From positions 1 through 53,068 of the forward strand of contig JAFGLR010000025.1 in assembly GCA_016927955.1 (NCBI GenBank): DNA of 53,068 nucleotides. The letters run 5' to 3'. The translations under genes and the position numbers were made by a program. The notes under the pieces were generated by a model, which was not told where the DNA came from, did not search any database, and worked only from the letters and a program-made list of their open reading frames with translations. This document shows positions 28,233-36,759 of this stretch, one piece after another (positions within the stretch are counted from its first letter, which is position 1; every line of letters begins with the position of its first letter). Source of the stretch: Dehalococcoidales bacterium (GTDB lineage: Bacteria > Chloroflexota > Dehalococcoidia > Dehalococcoidales > JAFGLR01).

Positions 28233-29003
28233 ATGGAATATAAGAATATTATTTTAGAGAAAAAAGATGGTATCACCAAACTAATCGTGAACCGTCCGCC
28301 TGTTAATGTCATAAATATGGAGACACTCCGGGAAATAAACAGTGCTATCGCCGACTTAACCAGTGACGAGGCTACTAAGGTCGTGATTATCCGCGGTAAC
28401 GGGGAAAAGGCTTTCTGTGCCGGCATCGAGGTAAAAGACCACCTGGGAGATATGCTGCCGCAAATGATGATGGAATTCGGCAAGCTATTTAAACTCCTCC
28501 GCGGTCTGGGCAAACCCAGCATTGCCTTGGTCAACGGCATTGCCCTGGGCGGCGGGTGTGAAATTATCGCCGGTTGTGATTTAGCTATTGCGGCGGAAGG
28601 TGTTAAAATGGGTCAGCCGGAAATTCAGTTGGGCGGTTTAGCCCCGGCGGCAGCCGCTTTATTCCCCCGCATTATGGGCCAAAAGAAAGCTTACGAGTTA
28701 ATTCTCATCGGCAACAGTATTACCGCAGAGCAAGCCGAGAAAATCGGGTTGGTTAATAAGGTAGTTCCTTTAGCTGAACTGGACAAAGCGGGCGAGGAAA
28801 TAGCCAAAACTTTCCTGAGCAAGAGTGCCCTCAGTGTGAAACTGGTACGCGAGGCTTTTTATGAGTGTGCTGGCAGTCCCGATCTTACCACTGCTCTGGA
28901 TAAAGCCACAGTAATGGGCATAGCCAACTGGTTAACGGAAGACGGACAGGAAGGCTTAAAATCCTACCTGGAGAAAAGACCGGCAGTCTGGAAGAATAAG
29001 TAA
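28233..29003 (+). CDS. dch: Enoyl-CoA hydratase/isomerase (crotonase), cyclohexa-1,5-diene-1-carbonyl-CoA hydratase (Dch/BamR)-like by context
   Basis: 256 aa from the ATG at 28233 (AGGAGG 4 nt upstream). FCAGIEV and ALGGGCEI oxyanion-hole motifs. The specific substrate is inferred only from the had/oah neighbours. Confidence 0.5.
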   Translation: MEYKNIILEKKDGITKLIVNRPPVNVINMETLREINSAIADLTSDEATKVVIIRGNGEKAFCAGIEVKDHLGDMLPQMMMEFGKLFKLLRGLGKPSIALVNGIALGGGCEIIAGCDLAIAAEGVKMGQPEIQLGGLAPAAAALFPRIMGQKKAYELILIGNSITAEQAEKIGLVNKVVPLAELDKAGEEIAKTFLSKSALSVKLVREAFYECAGSPDLTTALDKATVMGIANWLTEDGQEGLKSYLEKRPAVWKNK

Positions 29004-29024
29004 CGGCGTGGCTATTCCTGAAAC

Positions 29025-29300
29025 TCAAGTAATTTTTCTTAAATACCCGTAAACATGCTTCGAATACATTAGCATCATAAAGCAACCCTTTTTCACCGTA
29101 ATTCCCTCTAACGCTTTATCGATGCCTATAGCAGAATGGTAAGGCCGGTGTAGTTTTATTGCCTCAACTACATCGGCCGCCGCTGTTATTCTCGCTTACA
29201 TTAAGATGTCTTTATTCGATACCCCCCTGACGAATAACCGTAACCGAAAAAAATACTTTGCCGGCAAACGATAAATATTGTGAAATTATTCAATAATAAT
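29025..29300 (-). pseudogene. Degraded C-terminal relic of an HD-GYP/HD-domain phosphohydrolase gene
   Basis: The minus-strand translation gives ...FGYGYSSGG / (frame change in a G6 run, plus-strand C-run at 29222..29227) / SNKDILM*ARITAAADVVEAIKLHRPYHSAIGIDKALEGI...KGCF.... This resembles the HD-GYP C-terminus (DGSGYPxGLxGexIPLxARIxAVADxxDAxxxxRPYxxAxxxxxAxxxI), interrupted by a TAA. No intact ORF. Confidence 0.4.
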
Positions 29301-29538
29301 CAGTCTCTTTGTTCGAGGACCAATCCGGTTGCTTCGCTTATTTCATCATTCCGTAACCGTATCGCACACTCTCCATATTTACTAAGACGTACGGTATAAA
29401 GACTATCATTAAAGAAGGATTATCTAATACGGGTTATCATTAAATAAAAGGCGAATGAGACGGTAACACCTAACGAACTCATATTGTTGAAAAGTATAAG
29501 TTCAAATTGTAAAATTTAACCAACAGGTATTTTAACAA

Positions 29539-30549
29539 GTGATGAAACCAATTAATATCGTTATTACTCCACATCTGGATAAGGCATTATTAGAGCAAAT
29601 AAAGTTGGTTAGTCCGCGGTTAAAAGTAATAGACATATCCGGTCTGGCTCAACTTAAGATGATTGATCGATTTTTAACCGAACCCGATAATGTCAGAGCA
29701 AAAATTAATAAAATACTGGCAGATGCTGAAATTATATACGGTTACCGTCTGCCGGAACACCTTATCCGCCGGGCCCCGAAGCTAAAGTGGTATCAATCGA
29801 TGACCGCCGGCATTGATTGGTTTGTCGAAGATACCCTTTTAAACAGTAAAGTTATTATTACCACCGTCGGCGGTATTCATTCTACCGTCATCCCCGAATT
29901 CGTTATGGCACAGATGTTAATGCTGGCAAAACAGGCCCCCGAGCTTTTTGAGTTAAAACACGAAAAACAATGGTACCGTTTTATGCCGATAGTCCTGAAA
30001 GGTAAAACAATCGGTATACTGGGATTGGGTAAAATCGGCTGTGAAATTGCCCGCATGGCTAAAGCCTTCGGTATGAAAGTTATCGCCGTCCGCCGTTCGG
30101 CTAAAAAAGGTTCGCACTCGAAATATGCCAATCAGGTATTACCTCCTTCGAAAACGCACCGGTTGCTGGCAGAAAGCGATTTCGTTGTAGTTGCGTTACC
30201 ACTAACACGGGAAACCACCCGGATAATCGGCGAAAGAGAATTAAATGCGATGAAACCTTCGGCTTATATTATCAATATCGCCAGGGGGGCTATTATAGAC
30301 CAGCCTGCTCTGATACGAGCCCTGGAAGAACAGCGGATTGCCGGTGCCGCTCTGGATGTTTTTGACACCGAGCCGCTCCCTACGGATAACAAGCTTTGGG
30401 AAATGCCCAACGTAATTATTAGTCCCCATATTGCGGGAGCAATGCCGGATTACGAACAGCGTGCTACCGACGTTTTTTGCCAGAATCTGGCACGCTATAT
30501 CGATGGCAAACGCCTGATTAATGTCGTAAACAAAAAACGAGGTTATTAA
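29539..30549 (+). CDS. D-isomer-specific 2-hydroxyacid dehydrogenase family, NAD-binding
   Basis: 336 aa. GILGLGKIGCEIA Rossmann motif, NIARGAIID and SPHIAG catalytic motifs. Start is GTG 29539 or ATG 29542. Confidence 0.85.
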   Translation: MMKPINIVITPHLDKALLEQIKLVSPRLKVIDISGLAQLKMIDRFLTEPDNVRAKINKILADAEIIYGYRLPEHLIRRAPKLKWYQSMTAGIDWFVEDTLLNSKVIITTVGGIHSTVIPEFVMAQMLMLAKQAPELFELKHEKQWYRFMPIVLKGKTIGILGLGKIGCEIARMAKAFGMKVIAVRRSAKKGSHSKYANQVLPPSKTHRLLAESDFVVVALPLTRETTRIIGERELNAMKPSAYIINIARGAIIDQPALIRALEEQRIAGAALDVFDTEPLPTDNKLWEMPNVIISPHIAGAMPDYEQRATDVFCQNLARYIDGKRLINVVNKKRGY

Positions 30550-30573
30550 CCCAGCCTGAAATCAGGCTGGGTT
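30548..30573. terminator. Stem-loop between convergent genes (AACCCAGCCTGA..TCAGGCTGGGTT)
   Basis: Near-perfect palindrome overlapping the 30549 stop codon. No clear U-tract on either strand. Confidence 0.45.
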
Positions 30574-30598
30574 AATAAAACATACGGGACGCCTTTAT

Positions 30599-31861
30599 TT
30601 ACTTCTGTTCGAGAATTGTACAAATACCAAGACCGCCGCCACCACAAATAGTGAGTAAGCCGTATCTCACTCCTCTCCTAACCATCTCATGGATAAGAGT
30701 AACCAGCCTCATTACACCGGTAGCCCCAATCGGATGGCCAAGAGATATGCCCGAACCGTTTACGTTTACCTTATTTTCCATAACATCTGCACTCAACCCC
30801 ATTAACTTGGCGTCGGCAAGACATTGTACGGCAAAGGCTTCCTGGATTTCAATAAGGTCCATCTGGTCAATAGTAAGCCCGGCTTTTTTTAAAGCATTGT
30901 TTACGGCTATAGGAACCGCCGGGTAAGTTAAAGTGGGGTCAGCACCACCGATGCCAAAGGATTTAATATAGACCAGCGGTTTAACACCACGTTCTTCTGC
31001 CTTCTCCGGTGTCATCAAGACAACAGCTCCGGCTCCGTCGTTTTCGCTGGATGAGTTGCCCGCCGTACATACACCTCCCGGATAAACCGTTTTGAGTTTA
31101 GTCAGTAGCTCGATAGAAGTATCGCGGCGGGGTGTTTCATCTACGGCAAAAAGTACTTCTTTTCCCTTTTCCATAACGGGTATCGGAACGATTTCTTCCT
31201 TAAACTTTCCTGAGTCGATAGCAGCGATAGCTTTTTTATGAGAACCAACCGACCATTTATCAGCTTCTTCGCGGGTGATGTGTTCGTTCTTAGCCGCGGT
31301 TTCCGCCCAGGTCATCATCGAGTTAAGCTCGCCGAAGCGGTCGATAGGCTGGTGCATCGGGCGACCGCGCTGTATCCTGTCATAAAGCGGGATACCCCAG
31401 AGTGCCATACTGCCATGCTGTCGCGGGAAAAAGCCCCACTTCGGGTCGTTCTTACCGCCGACACCCCATTTCATATATTCACCGGGAATGTAAAACTCGC
31501 AGCGGCTCATGCTATCGGCACCGGCGGAAATGGTTGTATCCGCGTATTCCGCCTGGATTTCCATAGCAGCAGTCCATAAGGAGGCCACACCGCCGCAGCA
31601 ACGCCGGTCGACCGTAATACCGGGTACTTCGACCGGCCAGCCGGCTGTTAATAAGGCCAGACGGGCCAAATTGGGTGATTCGCCGCCTGCGTAAGCCTGG
31701 GAAAAAACGACATCATTCACTTCTTCAGGCTTCACTTTGGAATCGGCCACTGCCCTATTCAATACGGTCGCACCGAGTTTCTCGACGGGTGTATCGCGAA
31801 GGGTACCGCAATATGCCCCGATGGGCGTCCTAACCGCTGCTGTAATTACTACATCTTTCAT
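30599..31861 (-). CDS. Thiolase (acetyl-CoA C-acyl/acetyltransferase family)
   Basis: 420 aa. Active-site Cys region VDRRCCGGVAS. C-terminal GHPIGATG and CGGGGLG motifs. Confidence 0.9.
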   Translation of the reverse strand: MKDVVITAAVRTPIGAYCGTLRDTPVEKLGATVLNRAVADSKVKPEEVNDVVFSQAYAGGESPNLARLALLTAGWPVEVPGITVDRRCCGGVASLWTAAMEIQAEYADTTISAGADSMSRCEFYIPGEYMKWGVGGKNDPKWGFFPRQHGSMALWGIPLYDRIQRGRPMHQPIDRFGELNSMMTWAETAAKNEHITREEADKWSVGSHKKAIAAIDSGKFKEEIVPIPVMEKGKEVLFAVDETPRRDTSIELLTKLKTVYPGGVCTAGNSSSENDGAGAVVLMTPEKAEERGVKPLVYIKSFGIGGADPTLTYPAVPIAVNNALKKAGLTIDQMDLIEIQEAFAVQCLADAKLMGLSADVMENKVNVNGSGISLGHPIGATGVMRLVTLIHEMVRRGVRYGLLTICGGGGLGICTILEQK

Positions 31862-31913
31862 GAAAATCTCCTTTATTAAATATAGATTGAATTTCTTATT
31901 GATTTATTAAGAA

Positions 31914-32657
31914 CTAGATATATTGACCGCCATCGACCCTGATAATATCGCCGGTGACATGGCGAGATTTCTCACTGCAGAGAAATGTAACGACATTAGA
32001 TACATCTTCCGGGCTGGCTAGTCTGCCGATCATTGTTTCATCGATAGCTTTCTGTAAAAACTCTTTCGGAATGTTCTTTGCCATATCCGTTTCCACCATA
32101 CCCGGGGCTACGGCATTAACATTGATATTAAATTTACCTAACTCCCTTGCCAGGGTCTTAGTGAAAGCGATAATACCACCTTTCGAAGCGGAGTAGTTAG
32201 ACTGTCCGAATTTGCCGCGCATACCGTTAATAGAAGTAATATTAACGATTTTACCGTAGTTCTTTTCTTTAAAATGGATGGCGGCGGCACGGTTATAATT
32301 AAAATAGCCCTTCAAGTTAATACTGATAACCTCATCCCACTGCTGCTCGGTCATTTTCCAAATGACACTGTCCCGGTTAACACCGGCATTACAGACGAGA
32401 ATATGCAGGTCGCCCCATTCGGCAACCACTTTTTTAATCATATTCTCGGCATCCTGGAAACTGGCGACATCGGCTTGCACCGCCAGTCCTTTGCGGCCGA
32501 CCGCCTCTATCTGCCGGACGATTTCTTTCGCTTCGGTATCATGTTTACGGTAGTTTATGGCAACATTGGCACCTTCTTTAGCCAGAGTAATGGCGATCGC
32601 TGCCCCGATACCCAAACTGGCACCAGTTACGATAGCGTTCTTTCCTTCGAGGTCCAT
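31914..32657 (-). CDS. Short-chain dehydrogenase/reductase (FabG-like 3-oxoacyl/3-hydroxyacyl reductase)
   Basis: TGASLGIGAAIA cofactor motif, NAG, and the YSASKGG catalytic tetrad. ATG at 32657 is preferred (GGAGGAAGGA directly upstream) over 32669. Confidence 0.9.
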   Translation of the reverse strand: MDLEGKNAIVTGASLGIGAAIAITLAKEGANVAINYRKHDTEAKEIVRQIEAVGRKGLAVQADVASFQDAENMIKKVVAEWGDLHILVCNAGVNRDSVIWKMTEQQWDEVISINLKGYFNYNRAAAIHFKEKNYGKIVNITSINGMRGKFGQSNYSASKGGIIAFTKTLARELGKFNINVNAVAPGMVETDMAKNIPKEFLQKAIDETMIGRLASPEDVSNVVTFLCSEKSRHVTGDIIRVDGGQYI

Positions 32658-32941
32658 TCCTTCCTCCATTTCTAATACTATGTTTATTATCTCAGCGTAT
32701 AATTTTATTTTTTAATAAAACCAAAAATCAAGTTATATATCGGAAAGAGAAACTGCTGTATCAGTTAAAATCGCAAATGGCTGTACCCGTTGATTAATAT
32801 AAGAAGCTTATCAATATCCTATCATTCCACGCTCTACCAGTCAATTTATTTTATTATTTTAGGTATAACGGCCAAAAAACCTATTTATAAATATTAACAT
32901 TTAAGGTAAAATAGTAAAAATAATAATTCGAGGAGAGAATA

Positions 32942-33103
32942 TTGAAAATAGCCCCTAGGAAAGTCTATTGTTCGAATTGTCAGAAACTGGTGAAAGGCGA
33001 GGAACAAAAAACCGAAGCTGTTATCCGTATTATGTGCCCCAAGTGCAAAAAACCGATTTACCTGAAAGACGGCTTTGAGTGGAGGTATATTAAAGAAGAG
33101 TAA
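32942..33103 (+). CDS. Small zinc-ribbon protein (53 aa), below the ORF-track size cutoff
   Basis: My own translation: MKIAPRKVYCSNCQKLVKGEEQKTEAVIRIMCPKCKKPIYLKDGFEWRYIKEE*. Two CxxC pairs. GAGGAGAG SD 5 nt before the TTG start. Its own hairpin terminator follows. Confidence 0.5.
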   Translation: MKIAPRKVYCSNCQKLVKGEEQKTEAVIRIMCPKCKKPIYLKDGFEWRYIKEE

Positions 33104-33141
33104 GTTCTTGCCGTTTAAACTAGGGTTTTCCCGATGAAATG

Positions 33142-33180
33142 AACGCAGGTGTTTATTTGTGACGCCTGCGTTTGTTATTG
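33142..33180 (+). terminator. Intrinsic terminator-like hairpin after the small zinc-ribbon ORF
   Basis: AACGCAGG...CCTGCGTT stem followed by TTGTTATTG. Confidence 0.5.
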
Positions 33181-33214
33181 TATGATAATTTAAGGAGCAA
33201 TTCTGGAGGATATT

Positions 33215-34294
33215 ATGATTAAAGTAGGTATTCTTGGGGCTACCGGTATGGTAGGTCAAAATTACCTGAGGCTGCTTAATAACCATCCGTGGTTTGAAGT
33301 AGTATATCTGGCCGCTTCACCCAATTCCGCAGGCAAACGCTATAGCGAAGCAGTTGCGGGTCGCTGGCACATGACCACCGACCTCCCCGATAAATATAAA
33401 GATATTATCGTAGAAGACGCGGGCAATGTCGATAAGGCTATCGGCAAATGCCAGCTTGTTTTTTCTGCAGTTGAAATGGATAAGAAAGCCATTTTAGCTA
33501 TTGAAGCCGAATACGCAGCTAAGGGATTTGCCGTCGTATCTAATAACTCAGCCCACCGGGCAACTGAAGACGTGCCGGTGATGGTCCCGGAAATCAATCC
33601 GGGGCATTTGGAGATTATTCCCCAGCAGCAAAAACAGCGCGGCTGGAAAAACGGTTTTCTGGTAGTGAAACCAAACTGCAGTATTCAGAGCTATATGATA
33701 CCACTCTTTGCTCTGATGCAGATGGGCTATGTAATAGATAAAATGATTGTTACTACTTTACAGGCTGTATCCGGAGGAGGATACCCGGGTCCGGCCTCGA
33801 TTGACATGATCGATAATATCGTGCCGTTCATCCCCGGCGAAGAGGAAAAATCAGAGGTTGAGCCGATGAAAGTATTCGGCAAGGTCAGTAATGGTAAAAT
33901 TATACCCGAGTCAAACCTCAGGATTTCCGCCCACTGCAACCGTGTGGCAGTGGTTGACGGGCATACCGCCTGCTGCTCGGTGCAGTTTGCCGGTAAGAAG
34001 CCCGAAGCCGATGAGATTATTGATATTTGGCGTAATTTTACCGCTGAGCCCCAGAAGTTAAAACTGCCTTCGGCTCCAATCCCCGCCATGGTTTATCGGG
34101 ATGAGCCTAACCGACCGCAGCCGCAAAAGGACCGCGATGCCGGTAATGCGATGGCAGTAACCGTCGGACGGCTGAGAAAATGTAACGTCTTTGACTACCG
34201 GTTTATCGGCCTGCACCATAACACCGTCAGAGGCGCTGCCGGAGGTTCCATACTTACCGCAGAACTGCTAAAAGCCAAGGGTTATATTAAATAA
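33215..34294 (+). CDS. asd: Aspartate-semialdehyde dehydrogenase
   Basis: 359 aa. N-terminal VGILGATGMVGQ, active-site KPNCSIQ, and GAAGG near the C-terminus. GGAGG SD. Confidence 0.85.
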   Translation: MIKVGILGATGMVGQNYLRLLNNHPWFEVVYLAASPNSAGKRYSEAVAGRWHMTTDLPDKYKDIIVEDAGNVDKAIGKCQLVFSAVEMDKKAILAIEAEYAAKGFAVVSNNSAHRATEDVPVMVPEINPGHLEIIPQQQKQRGWKNGFLVVKPNCSIQSYMIPLFALMQMGYVIDKMIVTTLQAVSGGGYPGPASIDMIDNIVPFIPGEEEKSEVEPMKVFGKVSNGKIIPESNLRISAHCNRVAVVDGHTACCSVQFAGKKPEADEIIDIWRNFTAEPQKLKLPSAPIPAMVYRDEPNRPQPQKDRDAGNAMAVTVGRLRKCNVFDYRFIGLHHNTVRGAAGGSILTAELLKAKGYIK

Positions 34295-34315
34295 CCTGAA
34301 CGGGGAAAACGACCC

Positions 34316-34348
34316 AAGAGTCCCGATTTTATCGGGACTCTTTTCTTT
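34316..34348 (+). terminator. Rho-independent terminator of asd
   Basis: AAGAGTCCCGAT-TTT-ATCGGGACTCTT followed by TTCTTT. Confidence 0.85.
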
Positions 34349-34426
34349 ATCATTCAAGCCTATATTTATAATAATCCGGAGTTCACAGCCCGGTATATTA
34401 AACTGGGCACTTAAAACTAAACCGGG

Positions 34427-34717
34427 TTAATTCTTTTTCATGTTCTGGACGGTCTGGTTTTTCGGGTCATAGACCCCATCGAAGAGTACCATAGCCCGAT
34501 ATGCATCAAACGAAGCGTAATCTTTAACTTTAATATTTTTAGCTCTTACGTCGGCTTCGCTATATAATCTAAAATCCATCATTCCGGGTTCTTGGCCCGG
34601 CTTCATCACACTTTTTAGATTGTTAACCCAGCTCGAGCTTAATTTCAGATTCGTTACCAAGTACTTAACCATTGCATCCGGAACATTCTGCGGTTTAAGA
34701 AAATCTTTAGTTGCCAC
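34427..34717 (-). CDS. Hypothetical protein (96 aa)
   Basis: GTG start preceded by AAGGAAGGG. Protein-like composition. No recognisable family. Confidence 0.5.
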   Translation of the reverse strand: MATKDFLKPQNVPDAMVKYLVTNLKLSSSWVNNLKSVMKPGQEPGMMDFRLYSEADVRAKNIKVKDYASFDAYRAMVLFDGVYDPKNQTVQNMKKN

Positions 34718-35303
34718 TTTACCCTTCCTTATCTATTAGCTAATTCAATTAATATTTTATTTATTTTCTCCGAGATAACTTTTTAGGATACTATCCGGTC
34801 CAATATCACATTCAAAAAAGTTTAACCTTATTAAACCGGTATAAAGCAGCAATAAAGGACACTGCAGCAATCTGTACCGGACTTTTTAATGGAAAGTATC
34901 AGTCTATATACCGCATTAATTACTTACACACAGGCATGCTGAGCGGTCTATAGAGCCTCTACTTATTAAGAGAAGTCATCTTGGAAACGGGTTCGGAACT
35001 TACACGTCGCTATCGGACGTTACGAAGGACAGGGGGCGGTTCTTTACAAAGAGCCATGTAGAGGAGAGAATTGATTTTAATAAAAACAACCGAAGCCAGT
35101 AAATAAACCAGCGAATCAAACTGAGAATTGCTCAATAAGACTGATATGCAATTGTTATGGATATACCCGTTATGCAACGCGTTCATTAGCTTATATAGTG
35201 ATATCCAAATTATACATAAGGAATCTAATTAGAGTCAAAGAGTAAGTTTAATGCAATTTCAAAAATAATAGTAAAATAAAATACGGTTATTCGGGTGGTA
35301 TCA

Positions 35304-36683
35304 TTACAGTCCTTTTATCATATAGGCACCCTTTAATAAATACCCCTCCGAGCCGTAATATTCCCGGGCACCGACGCCGCTTAACACGAGAATGCGGGAC
35401 AGGCCAAATTCCTCGCGGGCAATACGCTCTGCCTCGCTTAATAAAGCTTTGCCGTAGCCTTTGTGCTGGGCCGCCTCCGATTGGGCTGCTTTTAGCGGGA
35501 CTTCAGGGCCGAAAACATGCAACTCGCGAATGACAGCGGTTTTCTCGCCTGAATTCGCGCCGGGTAAAATCTGCCGGGAGTGAATTCTTAATCTCAATAG
35601 TCCGAATAAAGTCTCTTTCTCATCTTCGAAGGAAAGGAATATTTCCTTGCCTTCGGCAGCCTCATAGTCAGTTCTAACCAATTGCGGAGTGCTGATTTGC
35701 CATTTCGCCCGCCGCCGGTGGCCGTATTCCCGGCAACGGATGCAGCGGCATTGTATATTTTGCTCTTTCATTCTTTCACTCACGGGCTGGCGCAGGGTAT
35801 CTTTACAGCCGGCAGTGATGTATTTCGATGGGATATCCCTTAACACCCGGGCAATGCGGACATATTTAGGAACGATGGATTTAATCTTCACCGCCAGATC
35901 AACCATAATAGCTTTATCATAAGGCTGATAACGGCCTTCCTGATACCACCTCTCCAATTCCGTGTGCTCAACAACAGCCGTAGGATAAATTTTCAGGCCG
36001 TCCGGCTGAAACCGGGGGTCGGTAAATACCATTTTAGCCATCGCAAAGTCTTTTTCCGGTGACGAGCCGGGCAAGCCGGGCATGAGGTGATAATAGACCT
36101 TGAAACCATAATTACGCAGACGGGCGGTTGCCTCGACTACATCGGCTACGGTATGGCCCCGCCGGACCAATTTATAAATTTCATCGTCGGGAGCCTGTAC
36201 CCCCAGTTCGACACGGGTTGCGCCCCATTCCAGCATCCGTTCGACTTCCGCCTGACCGCACCAGTCCGGTCTCGTTTCAATACAGAGTCCGGTACAGCGA
36301 TTTTTAGCCGTCTCGTTAATCGTTTGGGCTTCAGCTAAAGAAGCAGATACCACACCGTTTAAAGCTTCATAAGTATCTTTAATAAACTGATATTGATAGT
36401 CCACCGGCGCGGCTAAAAAAGTCCCGCCCATTACAATTACCTCGATTTTATCCGTAGGATGCCCCATATCCGCCAGGACACCGACCCGCAACATAACCTG
36501 GCGTTTGACGTCGAATTCGCAAGCGCGGGCGCGGAAAACTGCCGGTGATTCCGGGGTATAACTCTGCGGTGAGTCAGAATAAGTGGGACAGTAAATGCAG
36601 GTGCCCGGGCAGCCCATCGGCTTAGCCATCACAGCAACCGGCGTAACGCCGGAAATAGTGCGGGTTACTTTTTTCAGTGCCAC
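35304..36683 (-). CDS. elp3: Elp3-type radical SAM / GNAT acetyltransferase (tRNA U34 cm5 modification enzyme homologue)
   Basis: 459 aa. N-terminal radical-SAM cluster motif CPGTCIYCP inside PVAVMAKPMGCPGTCIYCPT. A central Cys-rich segment (CRCIRCREYG). C-terminal GNAT motif QHKGYGKALL. This is the architecture of the compact bacterial/archaeal Elp3 (for example Dehalococcoides mccartyi Elp3). Confidence 0.85.
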   Translation of the reverse strand: MALKKVTRTISGVTPVAVMAKPMGCPGTCIYCPTYSDSPQSYTPESPAVFRARACEFDVKRQVMLRVGVLADMGHPTDKIEVIVMGGTFLAAPVDYQYQFIKDTYEALNGVVSASLAEAQTINETAKNRCTGLCIETRPDWCGQAEVERMLEWGATRVELGVQAPDDEIYKLVRRGHTVADVVEATARLRNYGFKVYYHLMPGLPGSSPEKDFAMAKMVFTDPRFQPDGLKIYPTAVVEHTELERWYQEGRYQPYDKAIMVDLAVKIKSIVPKYVRIARVLRDIPSKYITAGCKDTLRQPVSERMKEQNIQCRCIRCREYGHRRRAKWQISTPQLVRTDYEAAEGKEIFLSFEDEKETLFGLLRLRIHSRQILPGANSGEKTAVIRELHVFGPEVPLKAAQSEAAQHKGYGKALLSEAERIAREEFGLSRILVLSGVGAREYYGSEGYLLKGAYMIKGL

Positions 36684-36759
36684 GATTCCAGTTTAACACT
36701 CTGGTCTGGTATCACTCAAACGTGCTATATTATAGGGTATTCATTATTGAGGTAAGCTT

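Noticed and set aside
32894-33286. 130-aa minus-strand ORF spanning the SDR-asd intergenic region.
   Set aside because: - It overlaps the asd start and the better-supported plus-strand zinc-ribbon ORF.
- It runs through AT-rich DNA and a terminator hairpin.
- It has no SD and an implausible composition.
34995-35015. GGGTTCGGAAC resembling a tRNA T-loop.
   Set aside because: - No flanking T-stem complementarity.
- No acceptor or anticodon arms.
- No CCA-proximal structure.
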